A stretch of DNA of 63,118 nucleotides, counting the filler, from Octopus bimaculoides (taxonomy: Eukaryota): NCBI RefSeq assembly GCF_001194135.2. It is 5 parts of 5 records of this genome, joined end to end, with 100 filler letters (N's around TTAATTAATTAA, not from the genome) between each part and the next. Parts side by side here need not be neighbours in the genome. Positions count along the whole stretch, not along the records: positions 16,973 to 39,277 come from NC_068984.1; 4 more parts are not named here. One strand, 5' to 3'. The notes beneath the pieces were generated by a model. That model worked only from the letters and a program-made list of their open reading frames with translations, ran no database searches and had not been told where the DNA came from. Positions 25,416 through 38,376 of the stretch are shown here, piece by piece. A program made the position numbers and the translations under genes. The stretch's first letter is position 1; each line of letters begins with the position of its first letter.

Positions 25416-26157
25416 TAGCAGCTAAACCCGGTTTCACCCGGTCTATTTGGATGATGTGGCTGTGATCGTTTTCGGTTAGGCATAATCTATAACAGCGTTT
25501 CTCAAACTGATCATTTCGTGTCCCGTTTCGATTGGAGCCTCCAGCTGTATGAAGATTTCACCCCCTCCTGTCAGAAAATGGCTTCACGAGTTGTGAAGAA
25601 AGAATTTGTAAGTTGTCTGTTTGTGAGAGCTATTCTATTGGACATCTGTCTAATCATTAAAAGATTTATTTCATTATGAACATAGAAAGAAATTATACAT
25701 TAATCGCAATTTTTGTAAGCAGTTTTATCCGTAAAAATTTTATTTGCAGAGAGCAGAAATTGAAAGATATATGAAATGGAAAGTGTGTGGGTGTGGATGT
25801 GTATGTGGGAGAGAAAGAGGGTAAGAAAGAGAGATAGAGTGAGTGAGTGAATTTGTGTGTCATTGACTTACGTTGGCTGGCACGGCAAGTACGAAGCTTT
25901 TGAGGCAGCAGATGACTGGGGTGATTTGGAAAATGTGAAGAAAAAAGGAAAGGCGATCTTTTGAAGTGGGCGTCGAATGAAGAGACATGAAAAGTTTTAT
26001 GACTGAACTTCTTTTGAAGTTGTGGTGAGAGAGGAGAATTGATGTGCATGTGTATGTCTGTGCATGTGAGTGTGTATGTCTGCGTGTGAGTGTGTATGTT
26101 TGATGGAGTTTGCGCGACAGAGAGAGTAATGTTGATGGTGTATGTGTATATGAGAGA

Positions 26158-26211
<54 letters not shown>

Positions 26212-27177
26212 AAGAGAGGGAGACAGACAACTGAAATTTATCATTCAGTTTATTTATTTATTATATGTATATATATGCATGAATGGCTTCAGTGACACAC
26301 ACTCACATACTCGCACGCACGCAGGTTGTTTTAATCGATTTTCTCTGTAAGTATGAGGGGCTAGGAAAAAAATAGAAAGCGCGTTCCAATCTATGGACCC
26401 GTCTCCCTCCACATGTGTGCCATTTTTCACGCGAATCCACCCAGCCGTTTGGTCGTGAACCTCAAGACAAGAAAGAATACAACGGTCGGCCAACTTCAAT
26501 TTATATTATATATATATATATATGTATGTATGTATGTATGCATGTATGTATGTATATATATATATGTATGTATGTGTATATACATATACATATATATACA
26601 TATATATACGTATATATATACATATATACGTATATATATATATATAATTAAGGGTACTGACAGGCAGTACCGGAACGTTAAATATAGCAATCAAAATGAC
26701 CAAACCACAAGTTTTCCCTTAAATACAACGCTGAAAGCGGGAAAATGAATAAAAATCCCAAGACTCCGTACCAATGATGAAAATAATCGAAAATTGTATA
26801 AGTCAGACATACCTGTATCACCATGATTTCGAACTTTGAGAAATACCCTTAGTTTATCTTCAGCGAGTCTTACTGACACCAGGTTATAGAGTTTATTCCT
26901 CTCAACCAATGTACACGATGACCGTTTTAATGCCGCAGTTAATTTAAAAAAGGTGATCGAAGGGTATAAAAAGTATTTAGATATATATGAGGATATATCG
27001 GAATTCGGAATTGCGTTAACAGAGTCAACGACTATTGAAAAGGTTGCAAGTCGCAACGAGAATTTTAGTAAAAATAAATAAGTAAATGAGTGGAAATCGG
27101 TGAATGTGTTAAATTAATAAGGCGCTAAAATAGAATGACTCTCCCCAGACAATAAAATATGCTTCAACAAAACCGAA

Positions 27178-27495
27178 ACTGTGTGGTAAGAAGCTTACTC
27201 GGCAATCACATAGTTCCGGGTTCAGTCTTACTGCGTCGAACCTTGGGCAAGTGTCTTCTACTATAGCCTCGGGCTGACCAAAGGCTTGTGAGTGGATTTG
27301 GTAGACGGAAACTGAAAGAAGCCCGTCGTATATATATATATATATATATATATATATNNNNNNNNNNCGGCAAAAGAGACCGATAGAATAAGTACTAGGC
27401 TTACAAAGAATAAATCCTGGGCTCGATTTGTTCGGCTAAAGGTGGTGCTCCAGCATGGCCGCAGTCAAATGACTGAAACAAGTAAAAGAGTAAAA
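27178..27495 (+). mobile_element. tRNA-derived SINE (same family as 6863-7214), interrupted by a 10-N gap
   Basis: High similarity to 6863-7214. Confidence 0.85.
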
Positions 27496-27514
27496 GAAAA
27501 TAAATATATGTATA

Positions 27515-28550
27515 CAAAGGTATACCTCACCATATGTCGTTAATTGGTTCCAGGAGACACGACTTAAGTCGAATTAAGTTGTCTCTAAGCTAGGCTAGGC
27601 AGAATTTTCTTGTCTCTCGGTTAAACTGATAATAACCATTCCCAGTTGTGTACTTTATTTATGAATGCATTTTCAATAATACATGGTTAATAAAAACCTA
27701 TTTTAAGCTTACGAACAAATAATTTTATTTTTTAATACAGTACAGTAAAAAAAAGTAATCTAAATTTGGCAGTGTTTAGTACATCGCGGACGCTTTATTT
27801 ATGAATACGGTTTGCAGTAAGACATGGTAAAATAAAAGCCTTTTTTAAGCTTAAAAAACAAATTCAGTAATTATTATTATTTTGGAATAGTAAAAAAAAA
27901 ATAATTTTAAACTAAATTATTTTAAATTTACCAATACGTACATATAATTTGGTGGTTTACATCGCAGATGTAGATGGCTGTGGATCGTCAACATCAACAG
28001 CTGACTCTTGCTGTTGTTGTTCGATGCACTTAAAAAGCCGGGTGAGAGTTCCTTGAACTGTTTTCTTATTCTTTTCCTCAAGGATTACATTATAAGGTGC
28101 AAAAGCTTTGTGACAAGCTCTTATAATCTTGGAAAAGCGTTGAGCATTTGGATCCATATCCACGAACATAGAAAAACCCTTTTCGATATATGCAAATACT
28201 GGTAAAGTGACGTGGCTTAGTTTCGACTTCCTCTTCTTTATTTTGCTGCTCGTGAAGCTCTATCAAATAAATCTGTGAAATCCTCCTTCAAATACGTTTC
28301 CAGTTCTTTGCTTGTAGTCACCAACGTTTTGTTGATGGCAACATTATCAAACCCCTTAAAATCATTCACGTCTAGCTTCAGGTATCGCTTCTTCCATACA
28401 CCATTCATAGCCATGCTCTGTACATCATTCCATGCTGCTGGTATGTTCTGTACAGCTTTGTAGATGAATCTCTTCCAAAAGTCACGAAGTGTGATGGACT
28501 CATCAAGGTTAGCTACTGCTTGCCGCGGCGTACGCTTCATATAGTAACGC

Positions 28551-28599
<49 letters not shown>

Positions 28600-30333
28600 C
28601 CATCATCAACATCATCCTCATTATCATCCAGTGTTTTAAATCCGAGTTTTGTCCCTGTCAACAGGAGTGGTCAGATCTACCTCAATGCCATAGCAACTGC
28701 TCTCACACCATCTCGCCATCTTGCCCGGTTTTGGGCGTCTTCCTTTTTTAAACCAACCCTCTCAATCTCCTCCTCCACCTATCCCCGCCATCTTTTCCTC
28801 GGTATACCTCGCTTTTGCACTCCATTCGCCTCAAACGCAATCACCCTCCTCAGAACATGCTCTTCATCCCTCCTCAACACATGCCCATACCACCTCACTC
28901 CATTCGCCCTTGCCAACCATTCCACCGATTCCTCCAACCCCAGCATTCCCATCAAATCCTCAGCTTCACCCCAAACATTTCTCTCACCATTGCTTTCTCA
29001 GTCCTTCTCAAAATTACCATCTCTCTCTCTCCTGCAGACACCATGTCTCACTCCCATACAACATTGCAGCTCTCACAAAACTCTTATAGGCCCTTCCTTT
29101 CATCTTTAATGAGAACCTTTTCCCATATAACAACGCTTCACATTCCCTGAACTTCACCCAGCTAAGTCTTGAAGATAGTAACTATTCCCTGATCCATTGG
29201 CTGCAAAAGTGACGTGGTGTTCGGAGAGGTCAAAATCTGCGGTGTTTTGCGGATGACCAGGAGCATTATCTAAGATAAGTAAAATCTTAAAATGAATTCC
29301 CTTCTTCTTATAATACTTTCTAATGGATTAGGAAATTCCGCTGTTGCTTGTTCGTCAGCTGATGCACTTTCACCTTACTTCTTAATGGAGTAATAACTTC
29401 TTCGCTCCTTAAATCTCACGAACCATCCTTAACTTGCCTTGGCCTCAACATCTTCCTCATCTGGATATCTTTTCTTCAGGTCCTCAACCAAAGACAACGC
29501 TTTGTCTTGAATGATTTCTTGACTAATAGTAGCACGCTGATGATTCAACCTAACAATCCAGAGAAAGAAGACATTCCATTTCTTCAAAGATTTTGCCTCT
29601 TTTCTTATTGATGGCAGTGTTCTTCATCCCTGGGGCTTCAGATTGAATCTAAAACTTATTATGATTTAAGTGTTCTGCATCCCTGGAGCTTCAGATTTGA
29701 TATGTGCTAAAATCTTGTCTTTATTATGTACAATCGTCGATACAGTTGTCCGACTCATCCCAAAAGATCGTGCTACCACTTTTTCATCTTTTTCATGGCG
29801 TTTTATCATAGCCAGTTTATCTTCCAGCGTTATAGCATGACGTTTAGTACTTTCACTATGAATTTTCTTAAGAGCCATGGGGATAAAAAATAAAGTCAAA
29901 AATGAATGAGGATGAGAAAGTAGCCGATAAATAGGCGTAAACAAATCTGAATTCAAAACAATCGCGGGAATCACGAGTGACATCGACGCCTAACGATAGA
30001 TATTGGAACTACAGTGCAATATGAACTGCGAAAGACCGATAAATAAGACAACACAGCTGATTTCATGATTTCGTTCACTAAGCTACACTACTTTACGGTG
30101 TGTATCTTAACATTTACTGTACGTATCTTATGATTTTATATGCTTTTATTCTTATTTACTATACAGTAACATGATTTCATGTGCTTTTAACGGTTTCCTA
30201 TTGATTTTACGATTCCAATATTGGTGGCGGACAGAAGTAAAGTTGAGTAAAATGACTTGACTTGATTTTTATTTTTCCATATATCATTTTTGAAAACCGA
30301 TGTATAATCGAGAACGACTTAAGCCGAGGTATG
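27515..30333 (-). mobile_element. Tigger/pogo-family DNA transposon, defective
   Basis: CENP-B-type HTH (KRHAITLEDKLAMIKRHE...ARSFGMSRTTVSTI), GWF..FK, DNAPGH and LLQPMDQGIV DDE motifs, acidic C-terminus; related ends ATACCTCACCATATGTCG and ATACCTCGGCTTAAGTCG; TA at the left end. Confidence 0.88.
28553..29167 (-). mobile_element. 5'-truncated RTE LINE inserted in the Tigger transposase, (GAT)n tail
   Basis: AWVKFRE...AMLYGSETW...RWYGHVLRRD...RGIPRKRW...NRARWR; AAG present on both sides. Confidence 0.88.
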
Positions 30334-30409
30334 CGCGCGCGCGCGCGCGCGTGTGTGTGTGTGTATAGGTGAAACATTCGGAGGGAGATTCCACGTGGTG
30401 GTAAATATA

Positions 30410-31380
30410 AAATTAAGATTTAAGGTGAAAACCATAGAAATCTTGTTTGTGTAGATAAAGATTGCTTAATCCATTATAATACGTACTGAGTCAACTGGTT
30501 TCGCTTCGCTAATCACGACTCAATGTTATGAAATCATAATAAGTTTTAGATTTAATCTTTCATAGTAGCAGGTATGAAAGTTAAGCGTTTATTCAGGAAA
30601 GCATAGCTCAAGCTAAGGAGAAGTAAATCTCTTTTTCCTTTTTTCTGGTTGTTTTTTTTTGTTTATTATTTGTGAATTCCATTACATATTCATGTTAAGT
30701 TCTGGTTTGTATTTTTCAATAAATGGGCCTCTTTATTTAGTCGTTGTTGAGTTGAGGTCCTTTCCGTGCATTGTTAAAGTGGGAATATTGTGAATTGTGG
30801 TTGGCGTTCCTTAGCACATCTGTCTATGTGACTACTGAGTGGTATTTGACGATATTGAGGGTAGTAGATTTGTTGTCTGAGTAGTGTAGAACTACGTATG
30901 AGGGAGATTCATGCTGAGCCTGTATTATTTCTATTGCAGCCGGAACACGTTATGACGTAGATGAAATTTTCAGAGGCGCAAGTGAAGTCAGTTTTAATTT
31001 TAAATTTTTGTCTTTGTATAAAATGGAATTCTGAGCCTTCTATTATGTTGGGACATGTTCCACAGTTCGGTCGTCCACATTTTTTAACTCTTGCTTCCGT
31101 TATTTTTGAGTGTAGTTTTACATTTGTCAATATCTGCCTTAGTGGTTTTGCCTGTTTGTTGCTTTTAATAATTTTATGGGTGCGTAGAATTTCATACAGA
31201 TTAGGTCCTTATGTTGTATTGGAAGGTTTTGGATCATAGTGTTATATGCTTCGTTGTTTCTGGGATTGAATGTGGATTTATAAAATAATATATTTAGAGT
31301 GAGTGTATTGTTTTGTCGGTGCCTTACACAGGATGGTCCAGCTATAATGGGCCTTAGTTAATGTCTCCTGGTGTTGGTAT
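30410..31380 (-). mobile_element. Penelope-like element, GIY-YIG endonuclease region + 3' end (RT deleted)
   Basis: CGRPNCGTC zinc-knuckle-like linker, FTCASENFIYVITCSGC GIY-YIG start; 3' end homologous to 32518-32895. Confidence 0.85.
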
Positions 31381-31404
31381 ATGTATGTATGTACATATGT
31401 ATGG

Positions 31405-32895
31405 CGTCGGTGATTTTTTAAATTGCTTCGGCCCATTATAACTGGACCATCCTGTGAAACGCACCGACTGAGTTACTTCATTCACACTCTCCTGAAACCA
31501 CTTCCAAAATACACTAAATGTTGTATTAGGGATGATTTGGACATGTTAAACCACCTCCCAAAAAGAGTAAAGGAAAAAACCCCGTATGGTATCCTTTGAT
31601 GTTGTAATCCTGTATACTAATATCTCCCCTAATTATGAACTAGAAGCAACCCAGTTCTGGTTGGAAAAATATCCAGAAGAAATACCGGAACGTATTAGCA
31701 AAGAGTTCATAACTGAGTCATTAAAATTTATTCTCCAGCAAAATTAATTCATGTTTGACACCACTGTATACCGACAAAAAGTTGGGTTGCGACGCGAACC
31801 AAGGCAGTCCCCATTCTTGCAAACCTGACAATAGGCTATTTGGAACTAACGGTATATCAGGGGTCACTCACAAAATTCGGAAATACCCTTTCCCAATACA
31901 TATTGAAAATTTGGAAACGATATTTGGATAAGTGTTTCATTCTATGGAAGGAGAACATGGAAAAACTTTAGGAATTCGAAAGACTCCGCAATAGCATAAA
32001 TACAAATATACAATTCACAACGGAACAGAACAAAATGGAGCTCCCTTTCTAAATATACTAATAAAAAAATAAATAAAAAATAGAAACCGATATGTTTTAC
32101 AAAATTACAGGCTCGAAACAACACTTATTATTTAGCTCATGCCACCCGAAACATTGAAATAAATATCTCATTCAATCTAGCGAGAAGAATCTGCACTATA
32201 GTGTCGGATAAAACACCAGAGAACTCCGACTACAAGAACTTAAAAATATACTCGTCGAAAGACTCTACCCAACTTCACTTATAGAAGTTGGAATAAAACG
32301 TACAAAAAGAATCAATACACGAACATTAAGAGAGGTCAAACAAAACTCTAGAAATATTACCTTATATTTCCACATACAGCTATGGAAGCAATGAAACATA
32401 TAACACTATTATCCAAAACCTTGTAACGCATAAAATTATTAAAAGCAACAAACAGCCAAAACCACTAAAGCGGATACTCAACAACGGCTAAATATAGTCA
32501 CCTGAAAGTAAATCAAAACCTCAACTCAACAACGACTAAATAGAGGCCACATTTATTGAAAAATACAAACCAGAACTTAACATGAATATATAATGAAATT
32601 CACAAATAAAAAAACAACCGGAAAAAAAGGAAAAAGAGATTTACCTCCCCTTAGCTAAGAAATTTTATATTCAATGAATATCTCTTTAGATTATCTCCCT
32701 TGAGCTACACTCTCCTGTTTAATGCAAAACTTTCGTACCTGCTTCTACGCAAGATTAAATCTAAAATTTATGATTTCATAACATTGTATCATAATAAACG
32801 AAGTGAAACCAGTCGACTCAGTACATATTGTAATGGATTAAACAATCTTTGTCTTCACAAACAAGATTTCTGTGCTTTTTCACCTTAAATCTTAT
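31405..32895 (+). mobile_element. Penelope-like element, reverse-transcriptase region + 3' end (GIY-YIG deleted)
   Basis: RPIITGPSC..SFDV..LYTNI..FMFD...YRQK.G..GT...P.LANL.IGYLE...WKRYLDKCF...ELPFL; frameshifts and stops present. Confidence 0.88.
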
Positions 32896-33665
32896 ATATA
32901 TNNNNNNNNNNTCATAATGCGTTATATTTTTCTCTACATGTCTTGCGGTAGCTATTTCATTGATAACTGAAAGCCTTCTCCATCATAAATTTTATGGAAT
33001 GCACAAATATGCGACTTACATCTTTGCTTATTGTATATATTATTCTGTTAAGGAGAGACTGCATAACTTGACATAATTTTCTCAGACTATACATTTTTTT
33101 TTTTTTTAGTTGGGTTTATGTGAAATTCCTCAGTTTCATTGGTAACACATGCGAAACTTCCATTATCAAAAGTGCATTGTTTCGCTTGGCATTGTATGTA
33201 CACACGCATGTATGTGCATGTGTGTGTGTGTGTTTGGGTGTGTGCGAATATCGTCGTTGACAAAGTTGTTGTTGTTGCCAAAAATATCGATAGCATTATT
33301 CCTACTAGTGGTGCTTTCAATGGAGTAGTTGTTGAATTTCTTTTTCTACATTTTTTCCAACGTTTGTGTCTTACTATAGAATGCTTTCTTAATTTTTGTG
33401 TGTTCCGTCTGTGGTATTCTTGGCTTTTAATTTTTCTTTCATGGAAGTTACTAGGACTTCTCGCAGCCATTTTTTTTATATGTAGACAAAATAAAAAAAA
33501 ATATAAACCTTATTTTTTTCTCAGAACCTTTTATGGATAGACCTTCAACAGTTATTCAAAATTTACTGTGTTCGAATAAGTTAAAAAATACTATTCTATG
33601 TAATATTTTAGGAGATGCAAATCATTTGCTTCGAGGAATGATTGGAAAAACGAATAATAATAATA

Positions 33666-33700
<35 letters not shown>

Positions 33701-33734
33701 AATAATAATAATAATAATAATGAGGATGATGATG

Positions 33735-34010
33735 ACGGACTCCCCGTCGAAGACGACGTATGAGTGTTCAGCTTTTGCCGAACGACTTGTACACATGATT
33801 TGTTTATAGTGATCAAATGTATGTGCTGTACATTAGCGCCCTCTCTCCATCAAATCGACGTTGTCTGAAGAGATACAGTGTCTACTACGAGTCAGATGTC
33901 GAAGTGACCGAAGAACAACGTGAGATGAAGTGTTTTTGCTCAAGAACACAACACACCAACCGGTTTAGACATTCAAAGCACGATCTCGCGAACGTGAGTG
34001 CAGCTCCCTA
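33735..34010 (-). mobile_element. tRNA-derived SINE, third family (GTGTTGTGTTCTTGAGCAAAAACACTT core)
   Basis: tRNA-like head GGTTAGGGAGCTGCACTCACG, core typical of molluscan SINEs, ends in (CAT)n/(TAT)n. Confidence 0.6.
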
Positions 34011-34657
34011 ACCATTATCATTATTACTATTATTGTTGTTATTGTTATTGTTTTTGTTGTTGTAATTATTATTAATGATGATGATTGTAATAATAATAAT
34101 TTTAAATTCTAATTACATATACATCCATATTTATACAAGACCTCTCTCTATATGCACATTACTGTTTTCTTCTCGGGCTCTCGCTGATACATCAATAATA
34201 ATTATAACTACGAAAGAAACATCAACACATGCCCATTGACAGTGTTCAGTTAAAAAAGTAAACGCACTAAAAATGAACCCATAACAAAACTAACCAAAAG
34301 AGAAAGAACGGTGGACAGATAACCATAAATACTATGAAATAGTTGATTTATAATTTACACACTATTATGCAGCACTCCTTCAAAAGCATACAAGAATAAA
34401 CTCATACCGTAGATACCCAGCAAAATGAACAGAACCCACAACATGTGTGATAGAAGGCCGATACCCGACAGAACACAACCTGCGCTGCACAAACAACACA
34501 CAATACAAAAACTAATACAACAGAAAAATCAGACCAAGCCCCATAACAAAACATACTGATACAATACAACATCCCCACCCCAAAAAAATGCACACACAAC
34601 CCCACCAGTACAAAAGTGCAACGAATGATGCAATAGAAAGTTGCTTGAAGCTATCAA

Positions 34658-35670
34658 ATGTCGAAAAATAATAGTGGTGATGACGATGGTGACGAACGTT
34701 ACCTTACCTCAGTTTATGAGAGAGAGGAGTTTCCGAAAAGCTCTGGTTGTAACAGCGAAAATGAAGCTAGACCTTCGAAGGAAAGCCTCTCGCTCGGTAG
34801 TGGTTCAGTAAAGATGCAGACTGACCACAGCTGTTATCCTAATACAACATCAGCAGATAGTAGAGCAAGGAGGAGGAAATGGACCAGCGAAGAAAACAGG
34901 ACAGTGGTGTAGTACTACTTAGAAAGTGAACCTTAAAGTAGGGGCTATAGAAAACCGATGTTAACACTTTGGGTAGTGAAGGGTATGTTTAAAGTGACTG
35001 AGCAGACATTAGTAGATCAAGCTAATGTTATTAGGAGAAGAAATTGGATGATAGAATTGGAGGTAGAATAGATCACAAGAGAACTGGAAAAGAAAGACCA
35101 GGCAGTAGGAAAGACAAATGACAACATAAGAGATACAGCTCAAACCAAAGAAGAACCTAAAAGAACAAATAATAATAGCGCTACCAATAAGGAAGAGACA
35201 ACTGGCTCCAGCGACTTAGGGGATTTAAGTGATGAAGATCAGAAGATTTTAGATGAGTTGCAGGAAGTAATGAGTAAAGAAGTATGAAAAAGATTGCCAG
35301 CAAACGATGCTGGATCATAGATATATCATGCCCAGCTAACAACAACGTTTGCGATAAAGAAGAAAGAAAAGTCGATAGATATGACAGGTTAGTTTGGGAG
35401 GTTAAGCAGTTGTGGTCGCCGAAAAATGTGGTAGTAGTACCAATAATTGTCGGAGCCCTGGGAATAGTGAGTAAAAATGTTGAGAAGTACATGGAACAAA
35501 TAGGGGCTGCAATATGGGTGGAGCACTTGCAGAAAATAGCACTGCTTGTAACCGCTCGAATACTCCGGAAGGTGCTCGAAAAATAAGGGGAGTCACCTTA
35601 GTTCACTGGTAGTGAACAGCTGGCACCGTAGTACATCTCCAGTGTTAGAAGCTGTGCAAAGACAATAATA
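34658..35670 (+). mobile_element. Internally deleted R4/Dong-like (RLE) non-LTR retrotransposon ending in (TAA)n
   Basis: N-terminal Myb-like RRRKWTSEEN...RGYRK.M..LW...EQ.LVDQA joined directly to the RLE C-terminus IIDISCP...KVDRY...VVPIIVGALG...LQKIALL.TARILRKVL. Confidence 0.85.
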
Positions 35671-35691
35671 ATAATAATAATATTAATAATA

Positions 35692-35738
<47 letters not shown>

Positions 35739-35754
35739 TGATGATGATGATGAT

Positions 35755-37395
35755 TTCATTTATTTGCCACAAAGGCGAAGATGAAGGGGACAATACGAAG
35801 ACAGACTCAAAATGTGAGGGTTTATATATATATATATATATAAACCCTGAAATGATTTTTAAAAAGGGTGGGGGGAGTATACACGGTATATACTGAAAAA
35901 GAAGTGACATATACCTAGTATATAAAGGTAGAAAAAATGGGGAGGATGATAGAGATGTAGCTCCCTTGATACAGGAGGACCTCTAGCGATAATTGAGGAA
36001 CCCCACTGTCAGAGATTTCCCTGAATACCAAGAGCAAGTGCTGTCTCCAATTCCTTCTCTCCGACTTACAGGTCTGCACTGTGAGTGGTACCATCCACTC
36101 TTGCCATTTTTGCAACTTTCACCCACCTTTCAATAAACTCACTCGAGGACAACACTTATCCCTCCACTCTCAATTTCCTTTTTCAAGTGAAACTTGGAAA
36201 AGTCAATGAGAGCGCTACCAATGAGGAATGTATCTGTCCCCATGCCTTTGAGTCTTGTCCATCAAACAACCTCTTTTGTCACAGTCACGAGGCAAAGGAA
36301 AATTGCCTTGCCCTCCACCGATTAAAGTAGGAAGGTGGGGAAATCATCTCTACAGAATCGGCCAACAGACGGATCTGTCCTAAACGCGACAGCAGCTGTT
36401 CGACATAACTCCACACGTCAGCAATGTCCTGATATTGAACGAGTGGGTGCAGAACGGTTTCGTCACTCTGCGAGCACCTCGGACATGTCCGTCTGACAGC
36501 ACATCCGTGCCTCTAGAGTTTATCTCGAACCGGTAGCGCCCCACCCCCGGTAGAACTGCTAGGCCCAGGACATCTGGAAATTATCCATGATAGTTCCCGA
36601 CCGGAAAGTCTTCCAGAACAGACTAGCCAGTTCGTTTTCATCGGTGCCCAGAGTCTCCCTGAGAACGTCGTCGTACTTCCCCGCCACTAATCCTCTATAA
36701 ATTTCTTAAGCGGAACACCCACCGATACCATTGCCCGACTGGTAGAGGGCTGTGGGCGCCTGATGACGTTCTAGGTGCCAGGCACCCAGTCTCGGTCTTT
36801 TCTTCACCTAGGATCGCAACTCCGTCAAGGAGATGAACTACGAAAAGATGAGCCTCACAAAAAGAGATCACACACACTCACCGTCCAGAAATCGTTGCAA
36901 GTAGCTTAATCTAAGAGCGTGTCTGCGCATTAGGACCCACGGCATACCTAATCCGCCACTCAGAGAATGCTGGCAAAAAATTGACCGCCTGACCATTGCA
37001 ACGCGTCCCTTCCACAAGAATTTAGATAAGAGATGCTCCAACCTGGTCAAGCAGTAACTGGGACAAGGCACGACAGTCAGGCGATAAATGACAACGGAGG
37101 CGATGTAAGCATTCACTACCTCTGCCAGACATTCGAGGGACAGCTTCCTCTCAGCTAATTTCTGAGTAAGACTGGCCACCCTGTTCGCCACCTCGTCCCA
37201 GTTCTTATCAACCTAGAGATAGGGACCAAACCAGACCCCGAGCAGTTTAACTGGTCCGTTGGCTCAGCGTCCGACGACGCCGTCCTATGGATCATCCTGC
37301 CTCTCCAGGAGCCCAACCGCAAGCCCACCGATTTGTCGGCGTTGATTTTAGCCCCTGCAACCGACTCGTATTCCTTTAGGATGTGGTTGTACGTA
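35755..37395 (-). mobile_element. 5'-truncated Tx1/L1-clade LINE (RT C-terminus, zinc finger, 3' UTR)
   Basis: EYESVAGAKINADKS...FLWKGR..MV......GGLGMP...CPRC..SDETVLH; 3' end ...GTGGCAAATAAATGAAAT followed by (CAT)n. Confidence 0.85.
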
Positions 37396-38147
37396 TGAGT
37401 ACAAATGCGTATAGATGTGTAAATTCGGAGGCTTTTGTTGATGGGCGTATGGAATCGTTCTCAGTAGTATAAAAACCTTAATGTGAAACTTTGTATGTGC
37501 TTGGTAAAGGTGTCGAAAGAGTGATGTAGATTTGTATGGGGAGTTGAGCGCGTGTGCAATGTTATTTGCATGTACGATGTTATTTTTGTGTGTGTGCCTG
37601 TATAGTGTAATAGCGTGGTATGATGGAAAAGAGTATTTCTGTGGCCATGCGATAGCAAAAATGATCGAAGGAGATTAAGATTAAATCAAAGAACAAAATA
37701 TTCGAGATGGTAAAAGTCCAAGATCATGTTCAATGGGCGTAGATCCAAGAAGATTTTTTTTTAAAGTGTAGGTAAGTAGAAAACTAAATGTGCTTCCTGT
37801 AACGATGAGAAATGTTCGACGGAAGAAAGGGTGAAGAACAAAAGTGTTCTTTATCGAGACGCTTGCAAAGGCAAAAGGAAGAATATATAAATGGCTGAGT
37901 GAGTGGGATTAATTGGTAATTGAAGTTGGTAGTGGTCAAGAAATCGAGCGACAGGTAGGATGGGAAGAGAGCAGATGTGGGGAGTTTCAAAAATGCGAAA
38001 CAAAACAAGGATGGCTAAAGACTAAATGTCAGTGCGTGAATGCGCAAACTGTTGGATTTGTTATGTGTATGTGTGTGTGTTGGTGAATGTATATGTGAAA
38101 TTACCAGCTTATATACATATATATATATATATTATATATATATATAC

Positions 38148-38213
<66 letters not shown>

Positions 38214-38376
38214 NNNNNNNNNNNNNNNNNNNNNNNNNNNNNNNNNNNNNNNNNNNNNNNNNNNNNNNNNNNNNNNNNNNNNNNNNNNNNNNNNNNNNNN
38301 NNNNNNNNNNNNNNNNNNNNNNNNNNNNNNNNNNNNNNNNNNNNNNNNNNNNNNNNNNNNNNNNNNNNNNNNNNGC

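Noticed and set aside
25413-25740. ACTAGCAGCTAAACCCGGTTTCACCCGG start reminiscent of Helitron-like non-autonomous elements
   Set aside because: No 3' hairpin/CTRR end or Rep/helicase motif could be located, so it is too weak to call.
26691-27056. 121-aa minus-strand ORF with an internal CAG|GTATGT donor, plus a ~60-codon open + frame (HDDRFNAAVNLKKVIEGYKKYLDIYEDI)
   Set aside because: No recognisable domain, no convincing acceptor/donor pair or partner exons; could be chance in non-repetitive DNA. A BLASTX search would settle it.
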